A DNA stretch of 64,000 bases, taken from the NCBI GenBank assembly GCA_965202905.1, contig OZ241868.1, forward strand, positions 2,848,040-2,912,039, given 5' to 3'. The notes beneath the pieces are model-generated. The model saw only the letters and a list, made by a program, of their open reading frames with translations. It was not told the DNA's origin and searched no databases. How positions within the stretch are numbered: the first letter of the stretch is position 1; each line of letters begins with the position of its first letter. Source of the stretch: Alphaproteobacteria bacterium. GTDB taxonomy: Bacteria > Pseudomonadota > Alphaproteobacteria > MPNO01. The translations under genes were made by a program, and so were the position numbers. Shown here piece by piece: positions 48,528 to 57,879 of this stretch.

Positions 48528-49046
48528 TCAGACCGGGAAGACCAGGTTGTTGTCGATCATGACGGTGTCGTAGACGCATTTGCGGTCCTCGAACAGCAGC
48601 GTATCGCCGTTGCGGACCAGGACGTCGTAGGACTTGCCGACCTGGTGGAGGGTGCTGTGCTCTTCGACCAGGGTCTGCAACAGAAGGTAGCTCGCCTCGG
48701 CGGCGATCCTCGGCCCGTCGACCGACCGGATCCGGGTGTTGGAGATCCGGAGCTGGAAGTAGCGCGGCGCATACATCTCGGTGTTGCGCAGCGCGAAGGC
48801 GCGGTCCCTGAGCATCGCCTTGCCTTCGCAGTAGATCAGCCCGAGCGGCAGCCCGGCATCGTCGTTGTCGCGCGCGATCACCTTGTAGTTGGCGTCCTCG
48901 GTGAAGTACTCGGGCCAGCTTTCGATCTCGCCGCGTTCCAGCACCGCGGCGTATTCGTAATAGAGTTCCTCGACCTCGAACCGCGCTTCACGGAACTTCG
49001 CGCGGCCGATCGGCCCTTGCGCCCCGGCTGGAACGCGGCCCGCCAT
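48528..49046 (-). CDS. Aromatic ring-hydroxylating oxygenase beta subunit
   Basis: WPEYFTEDANY, ML.DR, CVYDT...LVFPV (salicylate/anthranilate/terephthalate oxygenase beta type). Confidence 0.88.
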   Translation of the reverse strand: MAGRVPAGAQGPIGRAKFREARFEVEELYYEYAAVLERGEIESWPEYFTEDANYKVIARDNDDAGLPLGLIYCEGKAMLRDRAFALRNTEMYAPRYFQLRISNTRIRSVDGPRIAAEASYLLLQTLVEEHSTLHQVGKSYDVLVRNGDTLLFEDRKCVYDTVMIDNNLVFPV

Positions 49047-49062
49047 TCCTACCCCGCCATTC

Positions 49063-50337
49063 CTACAGAGCCATGACGGTTCGGTAGTACCGGTACATCG
49101 CCCTGATCGCGCGCTCGGTGATGATCGTGGATGTGTTCTCCTCGTCATCGCCCAGCATCGCCAGCCCGACCCGCGGCATCGAGCGTCGTAGCCCATCCTG
49201 GACGAACTTCAGCGCCTCGTTGTCCTCGATCCCGAGGAACCCGCCCGGCCCGAAGACGTTGTTCTGGCGCAGACGGTGCCGCGTCATCTCCTCGTCATCG
49301 GAGGCGCGGCCGAAGACGGCCCAGATCATCATCAACTCGTTCGGACCGCGCGGCGCGATGATGCGCGTGTTCAGGATATTGGTCTGCCGGAGCGCGCTGA
49401 GATTGGGAAAGATCGTCATCGCCACGCCCGACCACGGCGAGTCGCCGAACTCGCGAACGAAGTCGAGCACGCTGGGATCGTTCAGCTCATAGCCCTCCTT
49501 GAAGGCCTGCATGTCCGCCTGCTCTTCCTCGTCGACCTGCGGTGCGCCATCGGGCCGGCGCGACTTCAGCGCGCTGTGACGGCCGGTCGGATCGACCAGG
49601 ATGTCGGACTCGTTGCTGGTCACGAACAGGCCGAAAGTCGTCAGGTAAGTATGGAGCAGCGTCGCGTGATAGGGGTCCTTCAGGTTCTCTTGATAGAGTT
49701 TCCAGTTACCCGGCAGGATGTTGCGGTGAAGGCCCAGCAGCCGCAACTCCTCGCCCGGGAAGATCGAGTTGAACTGCTCGAGGATCTCCGGTCCCAGATA
49801 ATCCGCCAGCGGCGGCGTCTCGGACGAGGCGGTGGCGAAGGCCGCGCCGTGATGGGTCTGCACCCGGAACTTGCGCAGCCCGTGCTCTTCCATCTCGAAC
49901 GGCCGGGTCATGCCGCCCCTGCCCTTAACCCCGCGGCGGAACGGGATCGCGACCAGATCGCCCTTCAGGTCGTAGGTCCAGTTGTGGTAGGGGCAGATGA
50001 AGGCCTCGGCGGTGCCGCGATACTCCCGGCAGTACTCGGCGCCGCGGTGGGCGCAGCGGTTCTCGAAGACGTGAACCGCGCCGTCCCTGTCGCGGGCGAC
50101 CACGACCGGGACGTCGCCGACGAAGGAGCGGAAATAGTCACCGGGATTCGGCGCCTCGCATTCGAGGCCGACGAAGTTCCAGTGCGCGCCGAGGAAGATC
50201 CGTTCCTGTTCCAGCGCATAGATGCCGGGATCGGTATAGATCCAATCGGGCACCTCGCCCTCGTCGGCGGGCCACGACAGATCGGCCGGCGGCCCGGCGG
50301 GCGGCGCGTTCCGGCGATACCCCTCGATCGTATCCAT
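49063..50337 (-). CDS. Rieske aromatic oxygenase alpha subunit (salicylate/anthranilate/terephthalate group)
   Basis: Rieske CAHRG...CPYHNW; mononuclear Fe NWK...ENLKDPYHATLLH; GPGGFLGIED. Confidence 0.9.
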   Translation of the reverse strand: MDTIEGYRRNAPPAGPPADLSWPADEGEVPDWIYTDPGIYALEQERIFLGAHWNFVGLECEAPNPGDYFRSFVGDVPVVVARDRDGAVHVFENRCAHRGAEYCREYRGTAEAFICPYHNWTYDLKGDLVAIPFRRGVKGRGGMTRPFEMEEHGLRKFRVQTHHGAAFATASSETPPLADYLGPEILEQFNSIFPGEELRLLGLHRNILPGNWKLYQENLKDPYHATLLHTYLTTFGLFVTSNESDILVDPTGRHSALKSRRPDGAPQVDEEEQADMQAFKEGYELNDPSVLDFVREFGDSPWSGVAMTIFPNLSALRQTNILNTRIIAPRGPNELMMIWAVFGRASDDEEMTRHRLRQNNVFGPGGFLGIEDNEALKFVQDGLRRSMPRVGLAMLGDDEENTSTIITERAIRAMYRYYRTVMAL

Positions 50338-50418
50338 GTTCGGTCTCCCGGTTCCGTGACCGCTCGAGATCGAGTATCCGCCGCGCCGCGACGGTCCACA
50401 AGGCCCAAACGGACGCGG

Positions 50419-50706
50419 CTGGTGGATCAACCGAGATATTGAATCCCCCGGTGAATCTCCCGGTGAATCCCCCGGCCGATGATGATCGGGCGACCATGAC
50501 GCATTCGAATGTCTCGATAAGTTGATCCATCGACAGAAAACCGGCGGTTCGAAGCGAAGGATTCGAACCGCCGGGCCATCGGTGCGCCGCGCGCAGTAGC
50601 GCGAGGCGGGTGGTTCGAAGCGAAGGATTCAAACCGCCGGGTCATCGGTGCGCCGCGCGCAGTAGCGCGAGGCGGGTGGTTCGAAGCGAAGGATTCGAAC
50701 CACTAG
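50419..50706. repeat. Palindromic MITE/RIME-like repeat, copy 3, with internal 12-bp and 66-bp tandem amplifications
   Basis: Same element as 20219; terminal hairpin GGTTCGAAGCGAAGGATTCGAACC recurs at 50546, 50612 and 50678. Confidence 0.82.
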
Positions 50707-51551
50707 GCCATCGACGCCAGCTCCTCGAGAAGGTAGGTGCGGAACAACGCATAGTTCTCGACCATCGGGAAATGGCCGATCCCCTTCATCACCGTGAACC
50801 GGCATCCGGGGATCGCCTCGGCGACCGCCCGGGTCATCGCCGGCGTCGCCGAATAGTCGAACTCGCCGGTCAGCAGCGAGACCCGGCACCGATCGGCGTC
50901 GATGCGCTTGATGTCCTCGCGCGCGTCCCAGTCCTCGCAATAGTAGTAGACGTCGCCCTTGTAGACGCCGGGCCCGGACTGGCTGTAGTACCACCAGTTC
51001 TCCCGGCGGCCGGCCTCCGGCGACGCCGGCCCGTTGAGGCCGTAGGTGTAGCACGCCGCGAGCTCGCCGCCGTGGATCGCCGGGTGGTGCAGGAAGGCGT
51101 TGTCGCGGCCTTCGGCGAAGGCGGCGCTCTCCAGCCCGACGATCCCGGCGATCTCGTCCGGGTAGTCCGCGGCGATTTTGAGGACGATCGCCCCGCCCAT
51201 CGAGCAGCCCATCACGACCGGCCGCTCCAGCCCCAGCGCGCGCCAGAAATCGCGGATCAGCCCGAGATAGACCCCGGTCGTCAGCCGGTACTTTTCCAGC
51301 CACCATTCCTCAGGCGGGTTGGAGCGGCCGTGAAACGGCAGGTCGAAGGCGAGCACCCGGAAGCGGTCGGTGATCTCGCCGTCGTTCAGTACATGGCGGA
51401 ACTGCCGGCCGTCCGCGCCGGCGGTGTGCAGGCAGACCAGGGGCCGGCCGGCCCCGGCCTCCTCGTAATAGATGCGGTAGTCCCGGCCGCCGCTGCCGAG
51501 GCTGAGATAGCGCCCGACGACCGGCTCGTGCGCGGCGAGGGTTTCAGCCAT
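50703..51551 (-). CDS. Alpha/beta hydrolase
   Basis: CLHTAG, FDLPFHGRS, GCSMGG nucleophile elbow, GHFPM. Confidence 0.85.
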   Translation of the reverse strand: MAETLAAHEPVVGRYLSLGSGGRDYRIYYEEAGAGRPLVCLHTAGADGRQFRHVLNDGEITDRFRVLAFDLPFHGRSNPPEEWWLEKYRLTTGVYLGLIRDFWRALGLERPVVMGCSMGGAIVLKIAADYPDEIAGIVGLESAAFAEGRDNAFLHHPAIHGGELAACYTYGLNGPASPEAGRRENWWYYSQSGPGVYKGDVYYYCEDWDAREDIKRIDADRCRVSLLTGEFDYSATPAMTRAVAEAIPGCRFTVMKGIGHFPMVENYALFRTYLLEELASMA

Positions 51552-51942
51552 CGAGCGGCTCCATCGATTTCAGGATGTTCATCATCCGGTGCAAAGCGCG
51601 CGCGTTCTGCATCGCGGCGAGCGAATCGCCGTCGATCTCGAACCCGGGCGCCCGCATCAGCATCGCGAAGAAATCGTGATAGAGCGGCTCCGGGTCGGGC
51701 CGGATGAACCTGGTCCAGACGCTCATCGGCGCGCGGAGGGAAAACCGCGCGGGGCGGTCGAACCGCGGCCGCTGCTCGATCCGCTCGATACGGCCCTCGC
51801 GGACGGTCAGGAGAAAGTCGTTGCCCTCGAAGGAGAGCTTGAACTCGACGTTGAACCACTCGCCGATGACCGCCATCTCGCGGTCGGCGTTGACGGCGTC
51901 CTGGTAGCGCTCCATCCACGCCATGGTCGGGATGTCGGCCAT
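51544..51942 (-). CDS. SCP2 sterol-carrier-like hypothetical protein
   Basis: Overlaps the hydrolase start; YQDAVNAD.E...IDGD pattern. Confidence 0.6.
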   Translation of the reverse strand: MADIPTMAWMERYQDAVNADREMAVIGEWFNVEFKLSFEGNDFLLTVREGRIERIEQRPRFDRPARFSLRAPMSVWTRFIRPDPEPLYHDFFAMLMRAPGFEIDGDSLAAMQNARALHRMMNILKSMEPLDG

Positions 51943-51990
51943 CGGCCCGCCCTCACTCCGCCCGGATTTCAATACTGGCCCGCCCGGATT

Positions 51991-53217
51991 TCAATACTGG
52001 CCACGGGGCTCCAGGCCGAACGCCATCTGGCCGTACATCGAAGAGACCGCATCCCAGTTGAGGCTGATGTGATGGGCGACCGCGTGGATGTCGCGCCAAG
52101 CGCGCTGGACCCGGTCGAACAAATGCAGGCCCGGCCCGCCGGTCGCAGCGTAGAGCGCATCGATTCCCTCGCACGCCAGCTTGACGATGAAGGCTTGGCT
52201 CAGCCGGTTTCGGATGCGGCGCTCGACGTCGATCGGCGCGCCGGCGGCGGCCATCGCCTCGGTTTCCCGCAAGTCGGACAGGATCAGGCTGCGTGCGGCG
52301 TTGAAATGCGCCTGGGCCTCGCCCAGCCGCGATTGGACATGCGCGAACCCGGCCATCCTGCCGCCGCCCATCACCACCGCGCCGCGGGTCTCGCGCCCGC
52401 CGACATCCTCGACGAAGGCGTCGATCGCGCCTTTCAGCGCTCCGAGCGCGGGCGTGCAGATCGCCGCCGGCAGGCAGGCCATCATCGGAATGCCGTAGAT
52501 CGGCGCGGCGTTGACCCGCCGGCCCGGCGCGTTCCCGGAGGTCAGCTCCGCAAACGTGACCCGGCGATGGGAGGGAACGAACGCCTCCTCGCACACGACA
52601 TCCTTGCTGCCGGTGGCCGCCAGACCCACGGTGCGCCAGTCGTCGTGGACGCGGTAGTCGCCCTCGGGCGCCAGCGCGAAGCCTGGCGCCGGCGTCTCGC
52701 CGCCGTCCTCGGGCGGGAAGAAGACGCCGATCAGAGCCCAGCCGGAGTTGTCGACGTTGGAGGCGAACGACCACGAGCCGCTGACCCGCCAGCCGCCGTC
52801 GACGGCCCGGCAGGCGCCGGACGGCGCATAGCTGCCACAGATCAGCACGCCCGGGTCGTCGGCATGCACCTCGTCCTGAGCCTCGATCGGGAACTGGGCG
52901 AGCAGCCAGTTGTGGACGATGCCGAGGTTCGCGCACCATGCAGTGGACGCGCACCCGGCGCCGAGCGCGATCGAGATCTCGGTCAGGGTCGAGAAATCGT
53001 ACTCCAGGCCGCCATAGCGCCGGGGCTGGAGGATCTTGAAGATTCCGAGGGAACGAATTTCCTCGATCGCCTCGGCGGAGACCCGCCGCGCGTCTTCCGC
53101 CTCGGCGGCGCGCGCGAGAAGCGCCGGGGCCAGCGAGCCCGCCCGGGCGATCAGCGTCTCCCGGCTGGGAGCGCCGTCCGCGGCGTGAGTGGCGTGCGCC
53201 GTCTCGAGGGTATCCAT
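51991..53217 (-). CDS. Two-component flavin-dependent monooxygenase oxygenase subunit (HsaA/C2-like)
   Basis: QPRRYGG, CASTAW, SGSWSFAS, GLAATGS, QRAWRDIHAVAHH. Confidence 0.85.
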   Translation of the reverse strand: MDTLETAHATHAADGAPSRETLIARAGSLAPALLARAAEAEDARRVSAEAIEEIRSLGIFKILQPRRYGGLEYDFSTLTEISIALGAGCASTAWCANLGIVHNWLLAQFPIEAQDEVHADDPGVLICGSYAPSGACRAVDGGWRVSGSWSFASNVDNSGWALIGVFFPPEDGGETPAPGFALAPEGDYRVHDDWRTVGLAATGSKDVVCEEAFVPSHRRVTFAELTSGNAPGRRVNAAPIYGIPMMACLPAAICTPALGALKGAIDAFVEDVGGRETRGAVVMGGGRMAGFAHVQSRLGEAQAHFNAARSLILSDLRETEAMAAAGAPIDVERRIRNRLSQAFIVKLACEGIDALYAATGGPGLHLFDRVQRAWRDIHAVAHHISLNWDAVSSMYGQMAFGLEPRGQY

Positions 53218-53261
53218 CGCGGCAAAGTCTGGGGCAATCGCTGCGGTTTGTAAATCGCCGT

Positions 53262-54182
53262 TCAGGCCCCGAGCTTGTGCCTGGCGAGAAATCCGTCCAT
53301 CGCGGCCAGGCATTCGGCGGGCTTTTCGAGTTGCAGCATGTGGCCGGTGCCCTCGATCGCGACGTAGTCGTAGCCGCCTTCCTCGGCCATCGCCTTGTTG
53401 GCCGTCGCCGTCGGCGACGGTCGTTCGATGTCCGGGTCGCCGCCGATCAGCAGCACCGGCCCGCCGAAATCGGCCGCCTTGGGCCACAGATTCATCGGGA
53501 TGTTGGCGATGTAGGTCGCCGCTTCCAGGGCGCCGGGGTGGACCAGCGCCCAATCGCCCGCGTCGACGTCGCGGCGCAGGACCGCCCGGGCCATGAGCGC
53601 ATGAGCGCCGGCCACCCAGTTCGCGTGTGCGCGGCCCCCGGCGTATTCGGCGGCGAGTTCGGCGGGATCCGCGAATCGGCACCGCCGCGCCGCCGCCCAT
53701 TCGGCCAGACGGCGCTCGAAGCGAACCATCATGTCGTAGAGCCGGTGCCCCTCCGGCGGGATGTCGGGCGGGTCGAACAGCACCAGCCCGTCCCAGCGCC
53801 AGGCGCCGTCGATCGCATCGCGCATTGCCGCGCGGCCGGCCATGGAATGGAACGCGCCGACCGACCGCCTGGCGCCCAGCCGTTCGGCCACGCCGTAGTG
53901 GATCGAGGCCATGTCGCCGGCCATGTGGGGATAGTCGTGGTTGGGTCCCGCTCGCGGCGTGTTGCGGCCGTGGTTTCGCATGTCGAAGACGATGACCTCG
54001 TGGCGGGCGCACAGCGGCAGCCAGAACGGCAGATAGCCGTCGATCGCGAACCCGTTGCCGTGGCTGACGAAGATCCGCAGCGGCGCGGACGCGACGCCGT
54101 AGCGCCGGATGAGGACCCGCGCCCCGTCGCTCATCGTCAGGTCGAAGGTTTCCAGCGGTTCGGGAACCGTCAAATCGCGCAC
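53262..54182 (-). CDS. Alpha/beta hydrolase
   Basis: SHGNGF, FDMRNHG, FHSMAG, GTGHMLQLE. Confidence 0.82.
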   Translation of the reverse strand: MRDLTVPEPLETFDLTMSDGARVLIRRYGVASAPLRIFVSHGNGFAIDGYLPFWLPLCARHEVIVFDMRNHGRNTPRAGPNHDYPHMAGDMASIHYGVAERLGARRSVGAFHSMAGRAAMRDAIDGAWRWDGLVLFDPPDIPPEGHRLYDMMVRFERRLAEWAAARRCRFADPAELAAEYAGGRAHANWVAGAHALMARAVLRRDVDAGDWALVHPGALEAATYIANIPMNLWPKAADFGGPVLLIGGDPDIERPSPTATANKAMAEEGGYDYVAIEGTGHMLQLEKPAECLAAMDGFLARHKLGA

Positions 54183-54230
54183 GCCCCAGCCTCCCCGGCT
54201 CAGTCTCCCCAGCCCGGCCTTCCGGGCGGT

Positions 54231-54917
54231 TCAGCCCGGCGGCGCGGTGGCCGGTTTCAGCACTTCGATTTCCGCCGGCGGCAGTCCAGGCGCGAAGTGT
54301 TGGACCGACCTCCAGACGAACCCCGATTGCGCGTCCGCCCAGTATGTGTTGACGAACCCCCAGTCCAGCCCCCTGGCGATGTTGGTCTCGGTTATGCGCA
54401 CCGTGTCGAACTTCAGCCCGGCGATCTCGATCGATTCACGCCCGGCAACCCGGAAGACCGAGTCGATCAGAACCCCCACGCGGTCCTCCGGCTGCAGATC
54501 GACGCCGCGCGTCAGCCGATATCCGTCGGCGATCTCGTGCAGCGCGCCCTGGCGCACCGGGTCGGGGGCGTAGACCGTGGTGGTCGTCAGATTCGCCGAG
54601 AAGCCCGCGGTCTTCACCAGCCGTCCGCCATTGGTGACCAGCGCGGCGCGGTCGGTCGACAGCCAGTGCAGGTTGCGCTGGTCGTAGCGGCTCAGAACCA
54701 CCAGCGCGCGCGGTTGGCGGCCAATCTTTACTGCCAGGGACGCGTACGGTATCTTGTCGATCCGCTCACGCGTCAGCCAGTCTTCCGAGCCCGCCGGAAA
54801 CAGGATATCCTGCCCCGAACCGGCGACGAGCTCCAGCACAGGCGAGCTGGAGCATCCGAAACCGGCGGCGGCGACAAGGGTTACAAGCAGGTGGCGGCGA
54901 ATTTGCGACTGAATCAC
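54231..54917 (-). CDS. YjbF/GfcB family lipoprotein
   Basis: Lipobox-like FGC; IPYASL, GGRLVKTAG, NTYWAD, VWRSVQ. Confidence 0.8.
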   Translation of the reverse strand: MIQSQIRRHLLVTLVAAAGFGCSSSPVLELVAGSGQDILFPAGSEDWLTRERIDKIPYASLAVKIGRQPRALVVLSRYDQRNLHWLSTDRAALVTNGGRLVKTAGFSANLTTTTVYAPDPVRQGALHEIADGYRLTRGVDLQPEDRVGVLIDSVFRVAGRESIEIAGLKFDTVRITETNIARGLDWGFVNTYWADAQSGFVWRSVQHFAPGLPPAEIEVLKPATAPPG

Positions 54918-55004
54918 GTATCGGGTCTTTTCACTGTCCTGAGCAGGGCGTCGTCGCCGACGAATGCCGGCGCGCGTCTCTGCGCGTCGGCGCGGGCGGC
55001 ATTA

Positions 55005-57866
55005 TTGGCGCTGATCGGAACCCTGTCGATAGCGGCCTTCGCGACCGGCGCCGGCGCACAGCAAACCCCGCAGCTGACTCCGGGCGACCTTGGCCGGCTG
55101 TTGCAACTCGCCGATCCGGCGCTGCTGGGCCAAAGCGGGTCGGAAGTGAACTTCGACGAGCCCGAGGACGACGAGTCCGGGGAGGTGGAAGACGATGACG
55201 AGAGCGCTGGGCGCACGCCGGGCGCATCGCCGATCTCGGCGCTGGAGCGCGATTTCTCGGCCCGCGCGAACGAGTTCCTTCGTCAGTACGGCTACGACGT
55301 TTTCCGGCGCCGCACGCAGCAGCCGCGGCAGACCACGGGCGCACTCTACGACTCCTACCAGCTCGGCGTCGGAGATCAGGTCGTCGTCACGCTCCAGGGC
55401 AAGGAATGGCGCAATATCCGCACCCGGATCGACCGGAGCGGCCGGCTCATCCTTCCCCAGATAGCGCCGATCGACGCGGCCGGACGCACGCTGGGAGACG
55501 TGCGCGCGGCCATCCGCACCAACGTCAAGCGCACGATGCTGGGCACCGAAGTCTATGTTTCCGTCGGACGGGTGCGGACCGTTGATGTGACGGTGATCGG
55601 CGAGGTCAATAGCCCCGGGCTGTATCACCTGCCCGGCCTATCCTCTCTGGTCCACGCGCTGATCCGCGCCAGAGGTCCCAACAAGAACGCCAGCTTGCGG
55701 CGGATTCGCGTCACTCGCGGAGACCGTATCCAAACGGTCGACCTCTACGATCTGTTCCTCCAAGGCAGGATCGGCCAGGACATCACGCTGCGCGAGGGAG
55801 ACCGGATCTTCGTGCCCACGATCGGGACGACGGTCGCCCTGGCGGGCCATGTGAAGCGCCCGGGGATTTATGAGCTTCCCGCCGGCCCGCCGCCGCTGGT
55901 GCGCGACATCATCCGCTATGCCGGGGGGCCCGTGCGGCCGCGCGGCAACCGGTATATCCGCATCTCGGTCGCCGAAGACGGTCGGGAGACCGTGCGCGAG
56001 CATCGCCGGCTGGCGTCCTTGCGCGCGAGCGACGGCGATGTGCTGATCGTCCGTCCCGGTGCGAACATTCAGATCGGCGGCGTCACCCTCGAAGGCGAGG
56101 TCCGGGTCCCCGGACGGCGCTCGCTGGGGGCGGCGCGTTCGGTCCGCCAGCTCATCCGCGACGTCAAGACGCTGGGCAAGGATGCGTATCTGCCTTTCGC
56201 CGTGATCCGCCGGCTCGACGAGGGCACGCAATCGCCGATCTATCTGCCGGTGAACCTGTTGAGAATCCTGACCGGCCGCGGCGACATGGCCTTGCAATCG
56301 GCCGATTCCGTGATCGTCTTCCATCGTGAGGATGTCGAATTTCTACGCTCGGCCGACGTACAGGCCATCCTGACGCGAATGCTGCCGCCCAGCGTGGTGT
56401 TGGCCAGCCCGACCGGGAGAAGGAGACTAACGCCTGGAGGCGCGCGCGACGATGCGACCGGGCGGAACGGCCGGCGCCGGTCCGAGCGAGCGTTGCGGTT
56501 CGAAGAGGCCGCACCGGGCTTCATCCCGCAATTGCCCGCAGCCGAGACCCTGGCGGAGTCGCGCGCGGCGATGGCCTCGCGTCCCCGGTCCGTCAACGGC
56601 AATGGCGGTGACGAGGGCGCGGGCGCCCGCAGGCCGGGGCTGGTGCGCAAGGACGCGGACGAGACGCTGGTTCGGACCGAATACGCCTGCGGCGGGCTCC
56701 GGGCGCTGTCTTCGCTGATCGAGGCCGGAAACGCGGAGCGCTTCGCCAACGCGCGCCGGGCGCTGCTGACCCAGCGCCGGGAGAGCGTGATCAACGTCAT
56801 AGGGTGTCCGGCGATCTACGACCGCCACCCCGACCTCCTGGCTTTCGTCCTGGACTATGTGGTGGCGATCGACGGCGAAGTTCTGGTTCCCGGGGTCTAC
56901 CCGGTCGCCAGCGAGACCGCGGTTCAGACGATCGTCCGAATCGCCGGCGGGCCGACCCGCGAGGCCGACCTGTCCAAGGTCGAGATCTCCCGCGTCCAGG
57001 TCTCCGGCGCCAAGGATGCGGCCGACTACCGGCGCGCCATCCACAACATCAGCCGCCGCCCGGACGGCGCCAAAGGGGCGATCGCCATGATCGGTCCGGG
57101 CGATTCGGTGCGCATAAGCCGGATCTTCACCGAGCGCGAGGAAGGGCCTGTCCTGCTCAGCGGCGAGTTTCGCCGGCCCGGACTCTATCGTATCCGGCGC
57201 GGCGAACGGCTATCGCAGATTTTCGCCCGTGCGGGCGGGCTGACCGAGCAGGCCTACCCCTTCGGCGCGGTGTTTCTGCGCGAGTCCGCGCGGCGCGCCC
57301 AGAGGGCGGCCTTCGAGCGCCAGGCCCTGCGGCTGGAGGCCAAGCTCGCCGTGCTGGCAGGCAAGGCCGAGCCCGCCGCGATCGCCGCCGGCGACGCCCT
57401 GATCAGGCGGCTGCTGGATACCCAGCCGATCGGCCGCATGGTGATCCAGGCCGACCCGACGGTGTTCGAGGTCCGGCCGGAACAGGACATCACCATGGAG
57501 CCGGGCGATCGCTTGATCATGCCGAGGCGGCCGGCCAGCGTCCACGTCAGCGGCGCGGTGCTGAACCCGGGCTCGATGCAATTCGAACCCGAGCTCGCCC
57601 CGAAGGACTATATCGGGCTCGCCGGCGGCTTCGACGAGAGCGCCGACGAGGACCGGGTCTTCGTCATACTGCCCGACGGCAAGGCCAAGGGGCTTCGGGT
57701 CTCGTACTGGAACTACGACGACGCGGTCAACATCCCGCCGGGCAGTACGATCGTCGTGCCGCGCGATCCCAGCCCCTTCGAGCTGGGCGTCTTCCTGCGC
57801 GAGGCCACCGACATCATCAGCAAGATCGCCATCACCGCCGCGGCGCTGGTGTCCATCGCCAACTGA
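55005..57866 (+). CDS. SLBB-domain polysaccharide export protein (Wza/KpsD-like); start uncertain
   Basis: YQLGVGD, repeated V.GEV..PG.Y SLBB motifs, YIGLAGG, PGSTIVVP; signal-like hydrophobic segment near 55000. Confidence 0.82.
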   Translation: MALIGTLSIAAFATGAGAQQTPQLTPGDLGRLLQLADPALLGQSGSEVNFDEPEDDESGEVEDDDESAGRTPGASPISALERDFSARANEFLRQYGYDVFRRRTQQPRQTTGALYDSYQLGVGDQVVVTLQGKEWRNIRTRIDRSGRLILPQIAPIDAAGRTLGDVRAAIRTNVKRTMLGTEVYVSVGRVRTVDVTVIGEVNSPGLYHLPGLSSLVHALIRARGPNKNASLRRIRVTRGDRIQTVDLYDLFLQGRIGQDITLREGDRIFVPTIGTTVALAGHVKRPGIYELPAGPPPLVRDIIRYAGGPVRPRGNRYIRISVAEDGRETVREHRRLASLRASDGDVLIVRPGANIQIGGVTLEGEVRVPGRRSLGAARSVRQLIRDVKTLGKDAYLPFAVIRRLDEGTQSPIYLPVNLLRILTGRGDMALQSADSVIVFHREDVEFLRSADVQAILTRMLPPSVVLASPTGRRRLTPGGARDDATGRNGRRRSERALRFEEAAPGFIPQLPAAETLAESRAAMASRPRSVNGNGGDEGAGARRPGLVRKDADETLVRTEYACGGLRALSSLIEAGNAERFANARRALLTQRRESVINVIGCPAIYDRHPDLLAFVLDYVVAIDGEVLVPGVYPVASETAVQTIVRIAGGPTREADLSKVEISRVQVSGAKDAADYRRAIHNISRRPDGAKGAIAMIGPGDSVRISRIFTEREEGPVLLSGEFRRPGLYRIRRGERLSQIFARAGGLTEQAYPFGAVFLRESARRAQRAAFERQALRLEAKLAVLAGKAEPAAIAAGDALIRRLLDTQPIGRMVIQADPTVFEVRPEQDITMEPGDRLIMPRRPASVHVSGAVLNPGSMQFEPELAPKDYIGLAGGFDESADEDRVFVILPDGKAKGLRVSYWNYDDAVNIPPGSTIVVPRDPSPFELGVFLREATDIISKIAITAAALVSIAN

Positions 57867-57879
57867 GCAGGCGTTCTCG

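Noticed and set aside
50546-50706. Three regularly spaced ~24-bp palindromic repeats resembling a mini CRISPR array
   Set aside because: Spacers are essentially identical, the repeat is part of a dispersed element, and no cas genes are present.
53277-55004. N-terminal part of the 1529-aa ORF as a giant fusion protein
   Set aside because: It overlaps two real minus-strand genes; only the part from about 55000 resembles an SLBB export protein.
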